Positions 51,983-62,945 of a DNA stretch of 64,000 nt are shown piece by piece. Below the pieces are notes generated by a model. That model had not been told where the DNA came from and ran no database searches. It saw only the letters and a list, made by a program, of their open reading frames with translations. The translations under genes were made by a program, and so were the position numbers. Position 1 is the stretch's first letter; each line of letters begins with the position of its first letter. The stretch is taken from positions 43,834,001 to 43,898,000 of the forward strand of contig OZ024744.1 in assembly GCA_964016885.1 (NCBI GenBank). The letters are read 5' to 3'. Source of the stretch: Eledone cirrhosa. Taxonomy: Eukaryota.

Positions 51983-53549
51983 AGAAATGTAAGCTATCGC
52001 CATATTTTGACTAAAGAAATAAAAGAAATTATTTAGCCTGATAGTGGGTTTAAGAACCCTCGGAGAAATGGGAAAAGATGAGTATTGACGTACATGGGAG
52101 TCGAACCCACATCTTTGGTTATCCGGACCACTGTGCTACCATTTACACCAACACATCCGGTTAACCAAATATGTGGGTTCGACCCCCATGTACGTCAAAA
52201 CTCATCTTTTTCCATTTCTCCGAGGGTTCTTAAACCCACTATCAGGCTAAATAATTTCTTTTATTTCTTTAGTCAAAATACGGCGATAGCTTACAATTCT
52301 AATAATTTCAAACCCACTCGCTGTTTCGAAAATATTCTTACATATATATATATATATATATATATTTATTAAAATAACAGATTAAAGTTGAAGCAAAGAA
52401 TCGCTGCTTTCACCCTTAACGGGATCTTCTGAAACTATCAAAGTCAATCTGTGAACGCGGAAGTGAATATTTCAAAATACGTTGCAACCGGAGGAAGACA
52501 GGAAGACGATACTTCGGTTCGTGGAAACGTTCCCTGGCAAAGAACGGGAAAAAACGAATATAAAACGTCATTATTTGGCGCGGTGAAAAACAATTACACG
52601 CAAAGACAAAATCACGTTTATGGTATAAAAGAAGTCGTACACTAATATTGTATTAGGTGGTTCATAGAGACGTTCTCTGGCAATGAACGGAAAAAACGAA
52701 GATAATACGTCATATGTGGAGCGGGGAGAACAATTGCACGCAAAGACGAAACCACGTAAATGGTATAACTGAAGTCGTAGACTAACATTCTAACTAGGAA
52801 ACCGAATGATTCTCGGCTTCAGAGTTAAGAATAAAGTAAATAAAATACAGAGGTAAATGAAATTAAATAAATACATACACGCATCCATATACGTACATAC
52901 ACAAGCATACGCGAAAACACTCGCCATAGGTATACAAATACACGCACGTACGCAAAAGAAAACAAACAAAAAAAACCCCCGCACGCACATACAGAACCCA
53001 CCCCAACGCCTGTACCCGCACGCATACGAATGTATACACCAAATACACATAATAATATATATAAAATAAAAATATATATATATGTGTGTGTGTGTGCGTG
53101 TAAACATATAATTAAATAAACGTATATAAATAAGTCTACGACTTCAGTTATACCATTTACGTGGTTTTGTCTTTGCGTGCAATTGTTCTCCACGCTCCAC
53201 ATATGACGTATTATCTTCGTTTTTTTCGTTCATTGCCAGAGAACGTCTCTATGAACCACCTAATAGAATATTAGTCTACGACTTCTTTTATACCATAAAC
53301 GTGGTTTTGTCTTTGCGTGTAATTGTTTTTCACCGCTCCAAATAATGACGTATTATATTCGTTTTTTCCCGTTCTTTGCCAGGGAACGTTTCCACGAACC
53401 AAAGTATCGTCTTCCTGTCTTCCTCCGGTTGCAACGTTTTTTGAAATATTCACTTCTGCGTTCACAGATTGACTTTGTTAGTTTCAGAAGATCCGGTTCA
53501 GGGTGAAAGCAGCGATTCTTTGCTTAAACTTTAATCTGTTATTTTAATA
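50990..53549. repeat. Four ~430-bp copies of an unclassified repeat in +/-/+/- orientation
   Basis: Copies at about 50990-51423 (+), 51424-51852 (-), 52367-52800 (+) and 53133-53549 (-). Each has an internal ~140-bp subrepeat. The same 64-aa pseudo-ORF recurs in three copies. Confidence 0.88.
51977..52306. mobile_element. 330-bp palindromic MITE-like element carrying a tRNA-like sequence (truncated copy 53666-53890)
   Basis: 151-bp arms 51977-52127 and 52156-52306 with a 28-bp spacer, adjacent to (TA)n. Confidence 0.7.
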
Positions 53550-53774
53550 AATATTTGCTCTACGGTTCTTATACATTTGATATATATTTATCCTTATCGA
53601 GCCCTCTTTGGGTTTTAGTCTTCAAATTTATTATTATTATTATTGCTATATATATATATATATATATTATTAGAAATGTAAGCTATCGCCATATTTTGAC
53701 TAAAGAAATAAAAGAAATTATTTAGCCTGATAGTGGGTTTAAGAACCCTCAGAGAAATGGGAAAAGATGAGTAT

Positions 53775-53846
53775 TGACGTACATGGGAGTCGAACCCACA
53801 TCTTTGGTTATCCGGACCACTGTGCTACCATTTACACCAACACGTC
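53775..53846 (-). pseudogene. tRNA-like cloverleaf (72 nt; second copy 52086-52157)
   Basis: GACGTGT/GTACGTC acceptor, GTGT/GCAC D-stem, TGGT/ACCA anticodon stem, GTGGG-TTCGACT-CCCAT T-arm. A and B boxes are present, but the loop CCGGATA lacks U33 and R37. Confidence 0.7.
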
Positions 53847-53886
53847 CGGTTAAACAAATATGTGGATTCGACCCCCATGTACGTCA

Positions 53887-55747
<1,861 letters not shown>

Positions 55748-56109
55748 GAATACTATTTATGGTTAAGTATATACTAACACTTTTTATAGTTATGTATATT
55801 TTAAACTCTAAACAGTGAAGGTCAGTAATTTATTACTATCTTATTACCAGTAAGATAAATAACTCAATGTAAGAACATCTGACTAACAAACTATCCTCTT
55901 GCATTATCTGTGTTAACTGCCGAATGTATTTTAATTTTGTTTTAATTTTGTTTTAATTTTAATTTTGATTTTGATTTTGAATTTGAATTGCTATACAGAA
56001 ATAATATAATATAATATAAGTCACTCCACTGTACATCATTATATATATATGTATCTGTATGTCTCTTGCGTTGGAAAGGAGGTCAATTATGTGTACAAAC
56101 ATTGGAAAA

Positions 56110-56156
56110 TGCTCTGAAGACACCAAGCCTAGGTTTGGATGAAACAATTGTAAGTG
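56110..56156 (+). ncRNA. Minimal type I hammerhead ribozyme (Penelope pLTR type) with intact core
   Basis: TGCT-CTGAAGA-CA-CCAAGC-CTAG-GTTTGG-AT-GAAAC-AATT-GTA-AGTG, immediately followed by AATAAA. Confidence 0.65.
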
Positions 56157-56339
56157 AATAAATGCTTTGAACATGGCTTTGATTCTTGTGAATTATATAT
56201 ATATATAAAGTCGAGTTAAAACCTCACAGTAATATCCTATAATTTAATGAGATCAAGGAACACATTTCGTCACACTAGTGGCTTTTTATCCTTTATGATT
56301 GAACACTTATTTTTATGTGTATTTCTCTCTACACTGATA

Positions 56340-56648
<309 letters not shown>

Positions 56649-56688
56649 TTATAATGTATTTCATGTTATTTTCCTCCGTTTCAAATAG

Positions 56689-56851
56689 TGCCAACTAACC
56701 AGCATATGGTAAATGGATCAGCCGCTGGTAAATGTGAGTTCCCTTCAATTGTCCACTTGGAAGTGATGAAAGCCCACGACAACACAACCTACAAATCCTG
56801 TGGTGGTAGCCTCATTGATTCCACGCACGTACTCACAGCAGCTCATTGTTT
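56689..56851 (+). CDS. S1 serine protease exon containing activation site and catalytic His57
   Basis: TTTTCCTCCGTTTCAAATAG|...|GTAAGT translates (V)PTNQHMVNGSAAGKCEFPSIVHLEVMKAHDNTTYKSCGGSLIDSTHVLTAAHC. CGGSLI and LTAAHC signatures are present. Phase 1 / phase 2 boundaries match trypsin/kallikrein His exons. Confidence 0.93.
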
Positions 56852-56864
56852 GTAAGTAGTTAGC

Positions 56865-56916
<52 letters not shown>

Positions 56917-57176
56917 TTTCTTTATTAACCACAAGGGTTTACATAAAGTAGACATTAAGGACAGTGCAGGACAATGCAGGACGGTACAAATGGGCATTTC
57001 TGCGTGTAAAAAAACAAAAACAGAGGATGTAACAAAAATAACAATGAAAATAACAATGAAAAATTCCCCAATAGGGGGGAGACTTCGGAGGGACATTTGT
57101 GGAGAAAGCCCAGTAAAAAGCCACAATGACCCTGACCACCAAGGCAAGTGCCCTCTCCCAGTTTTCCACCTTTAGT

Positions 57177-60100
57177 TTACAGATATATACTCAGAGTCGG
57201 CCCATTCACTCGGGCCATTCTTGCTTCTCTCACCCATCTTTCAACAAAATGCTGGGAAGAGAGCACTTCCCTCTCTACTCTGATTTTCCTTTTCAAATGA
57301 AATTTGAAAAAGTCAATCAGAGCATCACCGAAGAGGTAAGTGCTCGTCTTCAGCCCTTTCAAACGTGTCCACCATACTATCTCTTTCGCCATGGCCACCA
57401 GACAGATAAAAACTGCCTGCCCTTCCCGGCTAAAGGAGGAGGGCGGGGCAATCCTCACGATGGACTCAGATGATAGCTGGATCCGTCCTAAACGCGACAG
57501 CAGGTGTTCGACATAAACCCACAAGTCAGCAATTTTCGGACACTGGACGAGTGCGTGCAGGACGGTTTCGTCGCCCTGCGCGCATCTCGGACATGCCCGG
57601 CTGACGGCACCTCCATGCCTGTAGAGTTTATCCCGAACTGGCAAGGCTCCTCGGTAGCACTGCCAGGCCAGAGATTTCTGGAAGTTGTCCATAGGCCCTG
57701 GCCCGAAAGTTCTTCCGAAGAGATTGGCTAGTTGATTTTCGTCGACGCCTAGAGTTTCCCCAAGTACGTCGTCGCTCTTCCCCTCCACTAATCCTCTATA
57801 GAACGCCGAGGTGGAGTTTCCACCGATCACATTGCCCGATTGGTCGAGGGCTGTGAGCGCCTGAAGACATTCCAGTCTCCAGGCGCTCCCTCTCGGTCTT
57901 CGCTTGACCCAGGACTGCAGCTCCGTCAAGGAAACGAGCTGGGGAAAAACGCGTCTAGCAAACGGCGACCACACCTGATCACCGTCGAGGAAGAGGTGGA
58001 GATGTCGTAGCCTGAGCGCGTGCCTGCGCATCATCAGCCACGGCATGCCCAGCCCTCCACGTAGCGGGTGTTGACAACAGATGGACCGCCTGACCATCGG
58101 AGCACGTCCCTTCCACAAAAAGCGAAAGAGCAAACGCTCCAGCGCAGTCAGGCGAGGCTTAGGACAAGGTACGACGGTTAGGCGGTAGCAGATGACAGAC
58201 GCGATGTACGCGTTAGCCACCTCCGCTCGACCTTTCAGGGATAGCTTCCTCTCCGCCCATTTCTGGGTGAGAGAAGCCACCCTGCTCGTCACCTCGTCCC
58301 AGTTTTTGTCCGTCTGGAGGTCCGGACCGAACCAGACCCCTAGCAATTTAACCGGTCCGTCCGTCCAGCGCCCGACGACGCTGTTGGACGGCATGGACCT
58401 GCCTCTCCAGGTGCCGAGCTGCAGGCCCACTGACTTTTCCTGGTTGATCATTGCTCCTGTCACCGCTTCGTATTCTCTTAGTGTAGTGCCGATCGCCTCG
58501 ATGTGTTTGGCGTTCGACACCACTACGGTGACATCGTCCGCATATGCTGACACGGATCTTCCGCATCCTAGTTCGCGCGGGACTCCCCTCAACGTCTCCA
58601 GTTTGTGCAGTAATGGCTCGAGAGTCAATACGTACAAGAGGGACGAGAGGGGACATCCTTGGCGGACCGAGCGCATGATGTTGAACGGTTCCGACAGGTG
58701 ACCGTTCACTCTCACCACAGAGCAGATGTCGCTGTGCATGGCAGCGATCCAGCCTCTGAAGACGGGCCCAAAGCCAGCCGCCCTCAGGACTGCCGCTAGG
58801 TAACGATGGTCGACCCTATCGAAAGCTTTCGACTGATCTAAATTGATCAAGGACCCACCCGTGCCAGGTTCCCTAGCTACCCTCTCTACGATGTATCGCA
58901 TGAGGTGGAGGTTGTCGTGGATGGATCTGTCGGGAATGGCGCATGTCTGCGCCTCTCCCACCAGACCACCAACGACAAGCGCCAACCTCTTTGCTAGCAC
59001 CTTGGCCAAAATCTTAAACTCTGTGTTTAGCAGAGTTATGGGCCGGAAATTGTCTATGTTATCCCCCTTGTTCGGATCCTTTCTCAGCAGTGCCACCGCT
59101 CCTCGGCTCACAGAACTGGGAATTCTCCCGTTCTGTTGCCAGTTGCAGTAGACGTCCGCCAAGAGGTCTCCGAACAAGTCTGGCATCTGTACGTAAAGTT
59201 CATAGGGCAGACCATCCAAACCAGGCGATTTACCCCTTGTGCAGCCAGTCATTGCCTCCCGTACTTCAGCGGCTGTTATCGGCTTTTCGCAACACCTCGC
59301 CTCAGTGGCCGAGAGCCGCGGCAGCCCGTCGAGGTAGACACTAAAGTCCATCCCTCTACCCGGCCCCCCGCTGCCCCCGAACAGCTGAGCGAAGTGTCGC
59401 TGAAAAGCTTCACACATTTGCCCGGGATCGAGTAGCATGCGCCCGTCGTGGTCCACCAAAGACCGGATCGTGGCTTTGTTGCCACGACGCGCCTCCGCCA
59501 CTCGGGCCCATTGAACGGCTTTCGTCCCCTCGTGTCTGAGAGCACGCACCCTAGCTCTGACAACGCAGCCTTCGTGCTTTGCATTGAAGAATTGGTCAAG
59601 GGCCAATTTCGCCGCAAGCACGTCGGTCGCAATGCCTTTGCTAAGCGCCTCGTCTAATTTTCTAACTAGTTCTCCCTCTGCTCTATTTTTCTCTATTGCT
59701 AAAGCCTTACTAAACCTAATCGATTCTATTCTAATCGCTCTTTTCAGAGCAAACCACCACTTGTTGTTGACGATGGCCCCCGTCAACGCCCGCTTAACTA
59801 GTTCGCTAATCCGGTCTCTGTAGGCCTTGCGCGCTGGTAAGGACGCGTTTAGCTTCCAGTAGCCGGGTCCTCGTCTATGAAGCCTATCTAAGTCAAGCAC
59901 ACAGATCACGAATTTGTGGTCCGTGTAGCTGACTATCTTGAATTGTGGACAGCCTATGCTAGACCTATCTATTTCCCTACAAAATACTCTATCTAGATAT
60001 GATCTGGATGACCCTATGCGGTTTGTCCAAGTCCACATTGGCACATTCGGGAAATCCAATCGGTACCTGTCAGACAGTTCAAAACGCCTGAGCAGGTTGG

Positions 60101-60596
60101 TGAGGCTCTTGCACCCTCCACCCCTATCCGCTAATCCCACACAGTCCCAGCGTGCATCCAAGATCCCGTTCCAGTCGCCCACTAACACTAAAGAGCGCGA
60201 CGTTCCAAGAAAGGTCTCCAGACGCCGGAAGAAATCAGGCCGCCCTGCTCCTGTCGGGGCATAGACGGCCACTAGCCTGAAAGCTTGCCCGTCTCCGCTG
60301 GTCACGTCCAGCACCACCAGCTTACCCTCTGGGTCCAGGAAGATGGCCCGTATGGCGAGATCCAAACCTCTCCGAAAAAGCACAGCAACTCCTCCACCCG
60401 ATCCAGGACGGCTGGGAGATGCGTACACATCGTAGCCGCCGAAGATCGGTGCGAAGGCCCGTGCTTCGGAGATTCTGGTCTCGCTGATGGCCACTACATC
60501 TATGTTTAGTGACCTGAGGTCGTTGAGCAGGTGACCCTGCTTCCATGACGACCCCAAGCCACGCGCATTTATGCTGCCTATTCTGAGTGAGGTCAT
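57177..60596 (-). CDS. Tx1 ORF2: APE endonuclease + reverse transcriptase + CCHC zinc finger (1139 aa, intact)
   Basis: SINARGL, ISET, VYAP, GDWN, YLDR, TDH (APE), GYWKLN, SPGLDG, FRPITLLN, DQSKAFDRV, RQGCPLS, YADD, CPRC..ETVLH...C. Confidence 0.95.
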   Translation of the reverse strand: MTSLRIGSINARGLGSSWKQGHLLNDLRSLNIDVVAISETRISEARAFAPIFGGYDVYASPSRPGSGGGVAVLFRRGLDLAIRAIFLDPEGKLVVLDVTSGDGQAFRLVAVYAPTGAGRPDFFRRLETFLGTSRSLVLVGDWNGILDARWDCVGLADRGGGCKSLTNLLRRFELSDRYRLDFPNVPMWTWTNRIGSSRSYLDRVFCREIDRSSIGCPQFKIVSYTDHKFVICVLDLDRLHRRGPGYWKLNASLPARKAYRDRISELVKRALTGAIVNNKWWFALKRAIRIESIRFSKALAIEKNRAEGELVRKLDEALSKGIATDVLAAKLALDQFFNAKHEGCVVRARVRALRHEGTKAVQWARVAEARRGNKATIRSLVDHDGRMLLDPGQMCEAFQRHFAQLFGGSGGPGRGMDFSVYLDGLPRLSATEARCCEKPITAAEVREAMTGCTRGKSPGLDGLPYELYVQMPDLFGDLLADVYCNWQQNGRIPSSVSRGAVALLRKDPNKGDNIDNFRPITLLNTEFKILAKVLAKRLALVVGGLVGEAQTCAIPDRSIHDNLHLMRYIVERVAREPGTGGSLINLDQSKAFDRVDHRYLAAVLRAAGFGPVFRGWIAAMHSDICSVVRVNGHLSEPFNIMRSVRQGCPLSSLLYVLTLEPLLHKLETLRGVPRELGCGRSVSAYADDVTVVVSNAKHIEAIGTTLREYEAVTGAMINQEKSVGLQLGTWRGRSMPSNSVVGRWTDGPVKLLGVWFGPDLQTDKNWDEVTSRVASLTQKWAERKLSLKGRAEVANAYIASVICYRLTVVPCPKPRLTALERLLFRFLWKGRAPMVRRSICCQHPLRGGLGMPWLMMRRHALRLRHLHLFLDGDQVWSPFARRVFPQLVSLTELQSWVKRRPRGSAWRLECLQALTALDQSGNVIGGNSTSAFYRGLVEGKSDDVLGETLGVDENQLANLFGRTFGPGPMDNFQKSLAWQCYRGALPVRDKLYRHGGAVSRACPRCAQGDETVLHALVQCPKIADLWVYVEHLLSRLGRIQLSSESIVRIAPPSSFSREGQAVFICLVAMAKEIVWWTRLKGLKTSTYLFGDALIDFFKFHLKRKIRVEREVLSSQHFVERWVREARMARVNGPTLSIYL

Positions 60597-60631
60597 GTTT
60601 AAAATAGAGTGGAAAAGATGGGAAAGACCAC

Positions 60632-62731
60632 TTACCGTATTTTTGGTAGAGGAGGGATGGTTTTTACATCCCTTTTCACTTGATCGTCTGGTGAAGGGAC
60701 CGTTGAATCGTCCCTTCGGCTGGTCGTCGGCTCTTCTAAGAGAATGTCTGAATATACTCTTCGATTAATGGTTCCTCCTAGGTCCCTGAAATCACCAACT
60801 GCGTTGGGGAATTTCGTTTTAATGTTTGTGTATTGTTTCTGTGCTATTTTTAGCAGTCTTATGTTAGTTGGCGTTTTGATTGGTGCTGGTATTATGTAGT
60901 CCTGTTGTGAAATGTCTGTGTGTTCAATTATGTAAGTCATTAGTTTCTTGTTGTGTGTGTTTATTGCCGTGCATTTGTTTTTCTGGGGGTGGGGTGTGGT
61001 TCTGCTATTTTCTTGTCGTTGTTGCTGGGTGTGTGTGTTTTGTTGTTGTGTTTGCGATGTTGGTGCTTGTGGTGGTGGTGTTGAAGGTGTTGTTGGCGGT
61101 GGGGTTGTCGCCGGTGGTGATGGTGGTGCTGGTGTGGGTGGTGATGGTGTTGGTGGTGTTGCTGCTGTGGGTCTCTTTGCAGTAGACTTTACCCTTTTCT
61201 CATTTCTTTCCTCCCTTTTCAAAGGCGACGATGCGCTGCTTCTGCGTTTGTGCCTTCTTGAGACCTTTTGCCATCCCTCTCCCACCTCACACTCCATGTC
61301 TGATTCTGTAAGGTCGGGGAGGGGTACCAGCTCCACTCTTTCACTTGTTGTTGTTGGTGATGTTTGCACTGGAGTCTCTGTTGCAGCTGCATTTGGTATT
61401 GCTGTTGTTGTTGTTAATATTTCCACTGCTGCTGCTGTCTTTGATTTCCGTGGAGTGGGTATGGGTGCCACGGACCTATCGTTCCTGGTTGCCGCTTGTC
61501 CTGTTGCTGGTAGCCGTGGAACCGGATTCGGGAGGAGGGGGGTTTTCTCCTTTCTCAGGGTCTTCTCGTTGCAGAAGGCCCTGAGGTGAGTCTTCGATCC
61601 ACAGCGAAAGCATTTCGGGCGTTTGCCCTCAACACTTATGGGCAGTTGAGTGCCGTTATCGAAGTCTATCACATCCGGGATAGCTTCGATGCACTCCTGG
61701 TTGGTTTGGATTAGCATCTCAATGGAGGAGCCGACCCAATCTTCTCTTACTTTTTTCTGTACTTGCAGTACAGTTGTTTTGTCCTCGATTCCGACGAGGA
61801 CAGACGCGGCCAGCCAAGAAGGGGTCATTCCGGGGGGGACGTGGGTCAGTTTGACCCTCACAATTTTTTGCCCGCAGTAGGAGGGCACCAACACCATTTC
61901 CTCGCTCCTTAGGGTCACTACTGATTGGGCCTTTGCCTCCTGGGGTGTGGCAAAAAGTACGTCTACGGTGGCGTATTTTTTGCCTCGGGTGATGTGCGTT
62001 TTCCTCTGCCACACAGACCCCAAGGCTTTTTGTATTTGGGCCTCTGTGGCTCTTTCCACCCTACGGGATTTTGTACTTACTGTACGGTACGTGACCGTAC
62101 AGTGCTCTTGGGTTTCGAAAAAATTTTTCGCTGCCTTGCAGATTGCTCGGTGTCCGTTCTTTGTCACCATCTTCTTCGCTTCCTCTAATTCCTCATTTGT
62201 TATGAGGATTGTTTCCAGGTTTTTCGCAATACCTGCAAATGAGATTGGTTTTTCTCTGCTGTTGTTGTTGTCGTCAGAGCTGCTGGTACTTTTGTTGTTG
62301 CTGCAGGTACTACGACTACTGCCTCCGCCGCTGTTGCTGTGGTTGTTGTTGGTGTTGCTGCTGCTAATGCTGTTGTTGTTTATGCTGCTGGTGATGCTGT
62401 TGCGGCTGCTACTGTTGTTTTCATTGTCACTGTTGCTGTTGTTATTACGGCTGCTACTGCTATTATTCCTGACGTCAGACGAATGAACTGGGTTTTCGTA
62501 TTTCCCGCACACCTGTTTCGTCGCTGTCGTCGTCGTCGTGGAGAAACCTTGCACGCTTTGCACGAGACTTTTCTTTTCTTTCGTCGCTTGCGAAAGAGAA
62601 GGTAGGGAGAGAGACACATTTAAAGAAGGGAGGGAGAGAGACAATCTTCTCTCTCCTGTAGTGATGATTGAGGAAGAAGAAGACGGAATGAGTGGGAGTG
62701 ACGTGTGAAATTTTTTTTTTTTGGTAGCCAT
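60632..62731 (-). CDS. Tx1 ORF1 nucleic-acid-binding protein (699 aa from ATG, intact)
   Basis: Starts MATKKKK. Has S/N low-complexity tract, RRM-like region, CFRCGSKTHLRAFC knuckle and Pro/Thr-rich tail. Ends 35 bp before ORF2. Confidence 0.88.
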   Translation of the reverse strand: MATKKKKFHTSLPLIPSSSSSIITTGERRLSLSLPSLNVSLSLPSLSQATKEKKSLVQSVQGFSTTTTTATKQVCGKYENPVHSSDVRNNSSSSRNNNSNSDNENNSSSRNSITSSINNNSISSSNTNNNHSNSGGGSSRSTCSNNKSTSSSDDNNNSREKPISFAGIAKNLETILITNEELEEAKKMVTKNGHRAICKAAKNFFETQEHCTVTYRTVSTKSRRVERATEAQIQKALGSVWQRKTHITRGKKYATVDVLFATPQEAKAQSVVTLRSEEMVLVPSYCGQKIVRVKLTHVPPGMTPSWLAASVLVGIEDKTTVLQVQKKVREDWVGSSIEMLIQTNQECIEAIPDVIDFDNGTQLPISVEGKRPKCFRCGSKTHLRAFCNEKTLRKEKTPLLPNPVPRLPATGQAATRNDRSVAPIPTPRKSKTAAAVEILTTTTAIPNAAATETPVQTSPTTTSERVELVPLPDLTESDMECEVGEGWQKVSRRHKRRSSASSPLKREERNEKRVKSTAKRPTAATPPTPSPPTPAPPSPPATTPPPTTPSTPPPQAPTSQTQQQNTHTQQQRQENSRTTPHPQKNKCTAINTHNKKLMTYIIEHTDISQQDYIIPAPIKTPTNIRLLKIAQKQYTNIKTKFPNAVGDFRDLGGTINRRVYSDILLEEPTTSRRDDSTVPSPDDQVKRDVKTIPPLPKIR

Positions 62732-62945
62732 GTTTTTTTTGTTTAAAATGAAATTTTGGGTACAAAACCCCAATAACTGGCTATTCAACCCCGAAGGGCC
62801 AAATAACGGACAGAAAGACCCCTCTCACGAGGAGGAGGGTGTCCTTATCAACAATTTGGTTCAAGTTTCAAACAATTTACAATTGTTTCAACGGTTAAAA
62901 ACTACTATACCTTACAGAGCCGAGCCTCCGTCAACCATGGCATTC

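Larger units (their letters stand above)
56866..62945 (-). mobile_element. Apparently full-length Tx1-like (L1 clade) non-LTR retrotransposon
   Basis: 5' UTR, ORF1, ORF2, and a 3' UTR with AATAAA followed by a (TTA)16 tail (56866-56913). Confidence 0.92.

Noticed and set aside
53775-53846. Functional tRNA-Ser(GGA) gene
   Set aside because: No U33, pyrimidine at 37, no long variable arm, and it sits inside a duplicated repeat. Treated as tRNA-like only.
57126-62605. Plus-strand ORFs overlapping the Tx1 element (and antisense ORFs over Gypsy and Penelope)
   Set aside because: Shadow frames of GC-rich coding sequence with no recognisable motifs.
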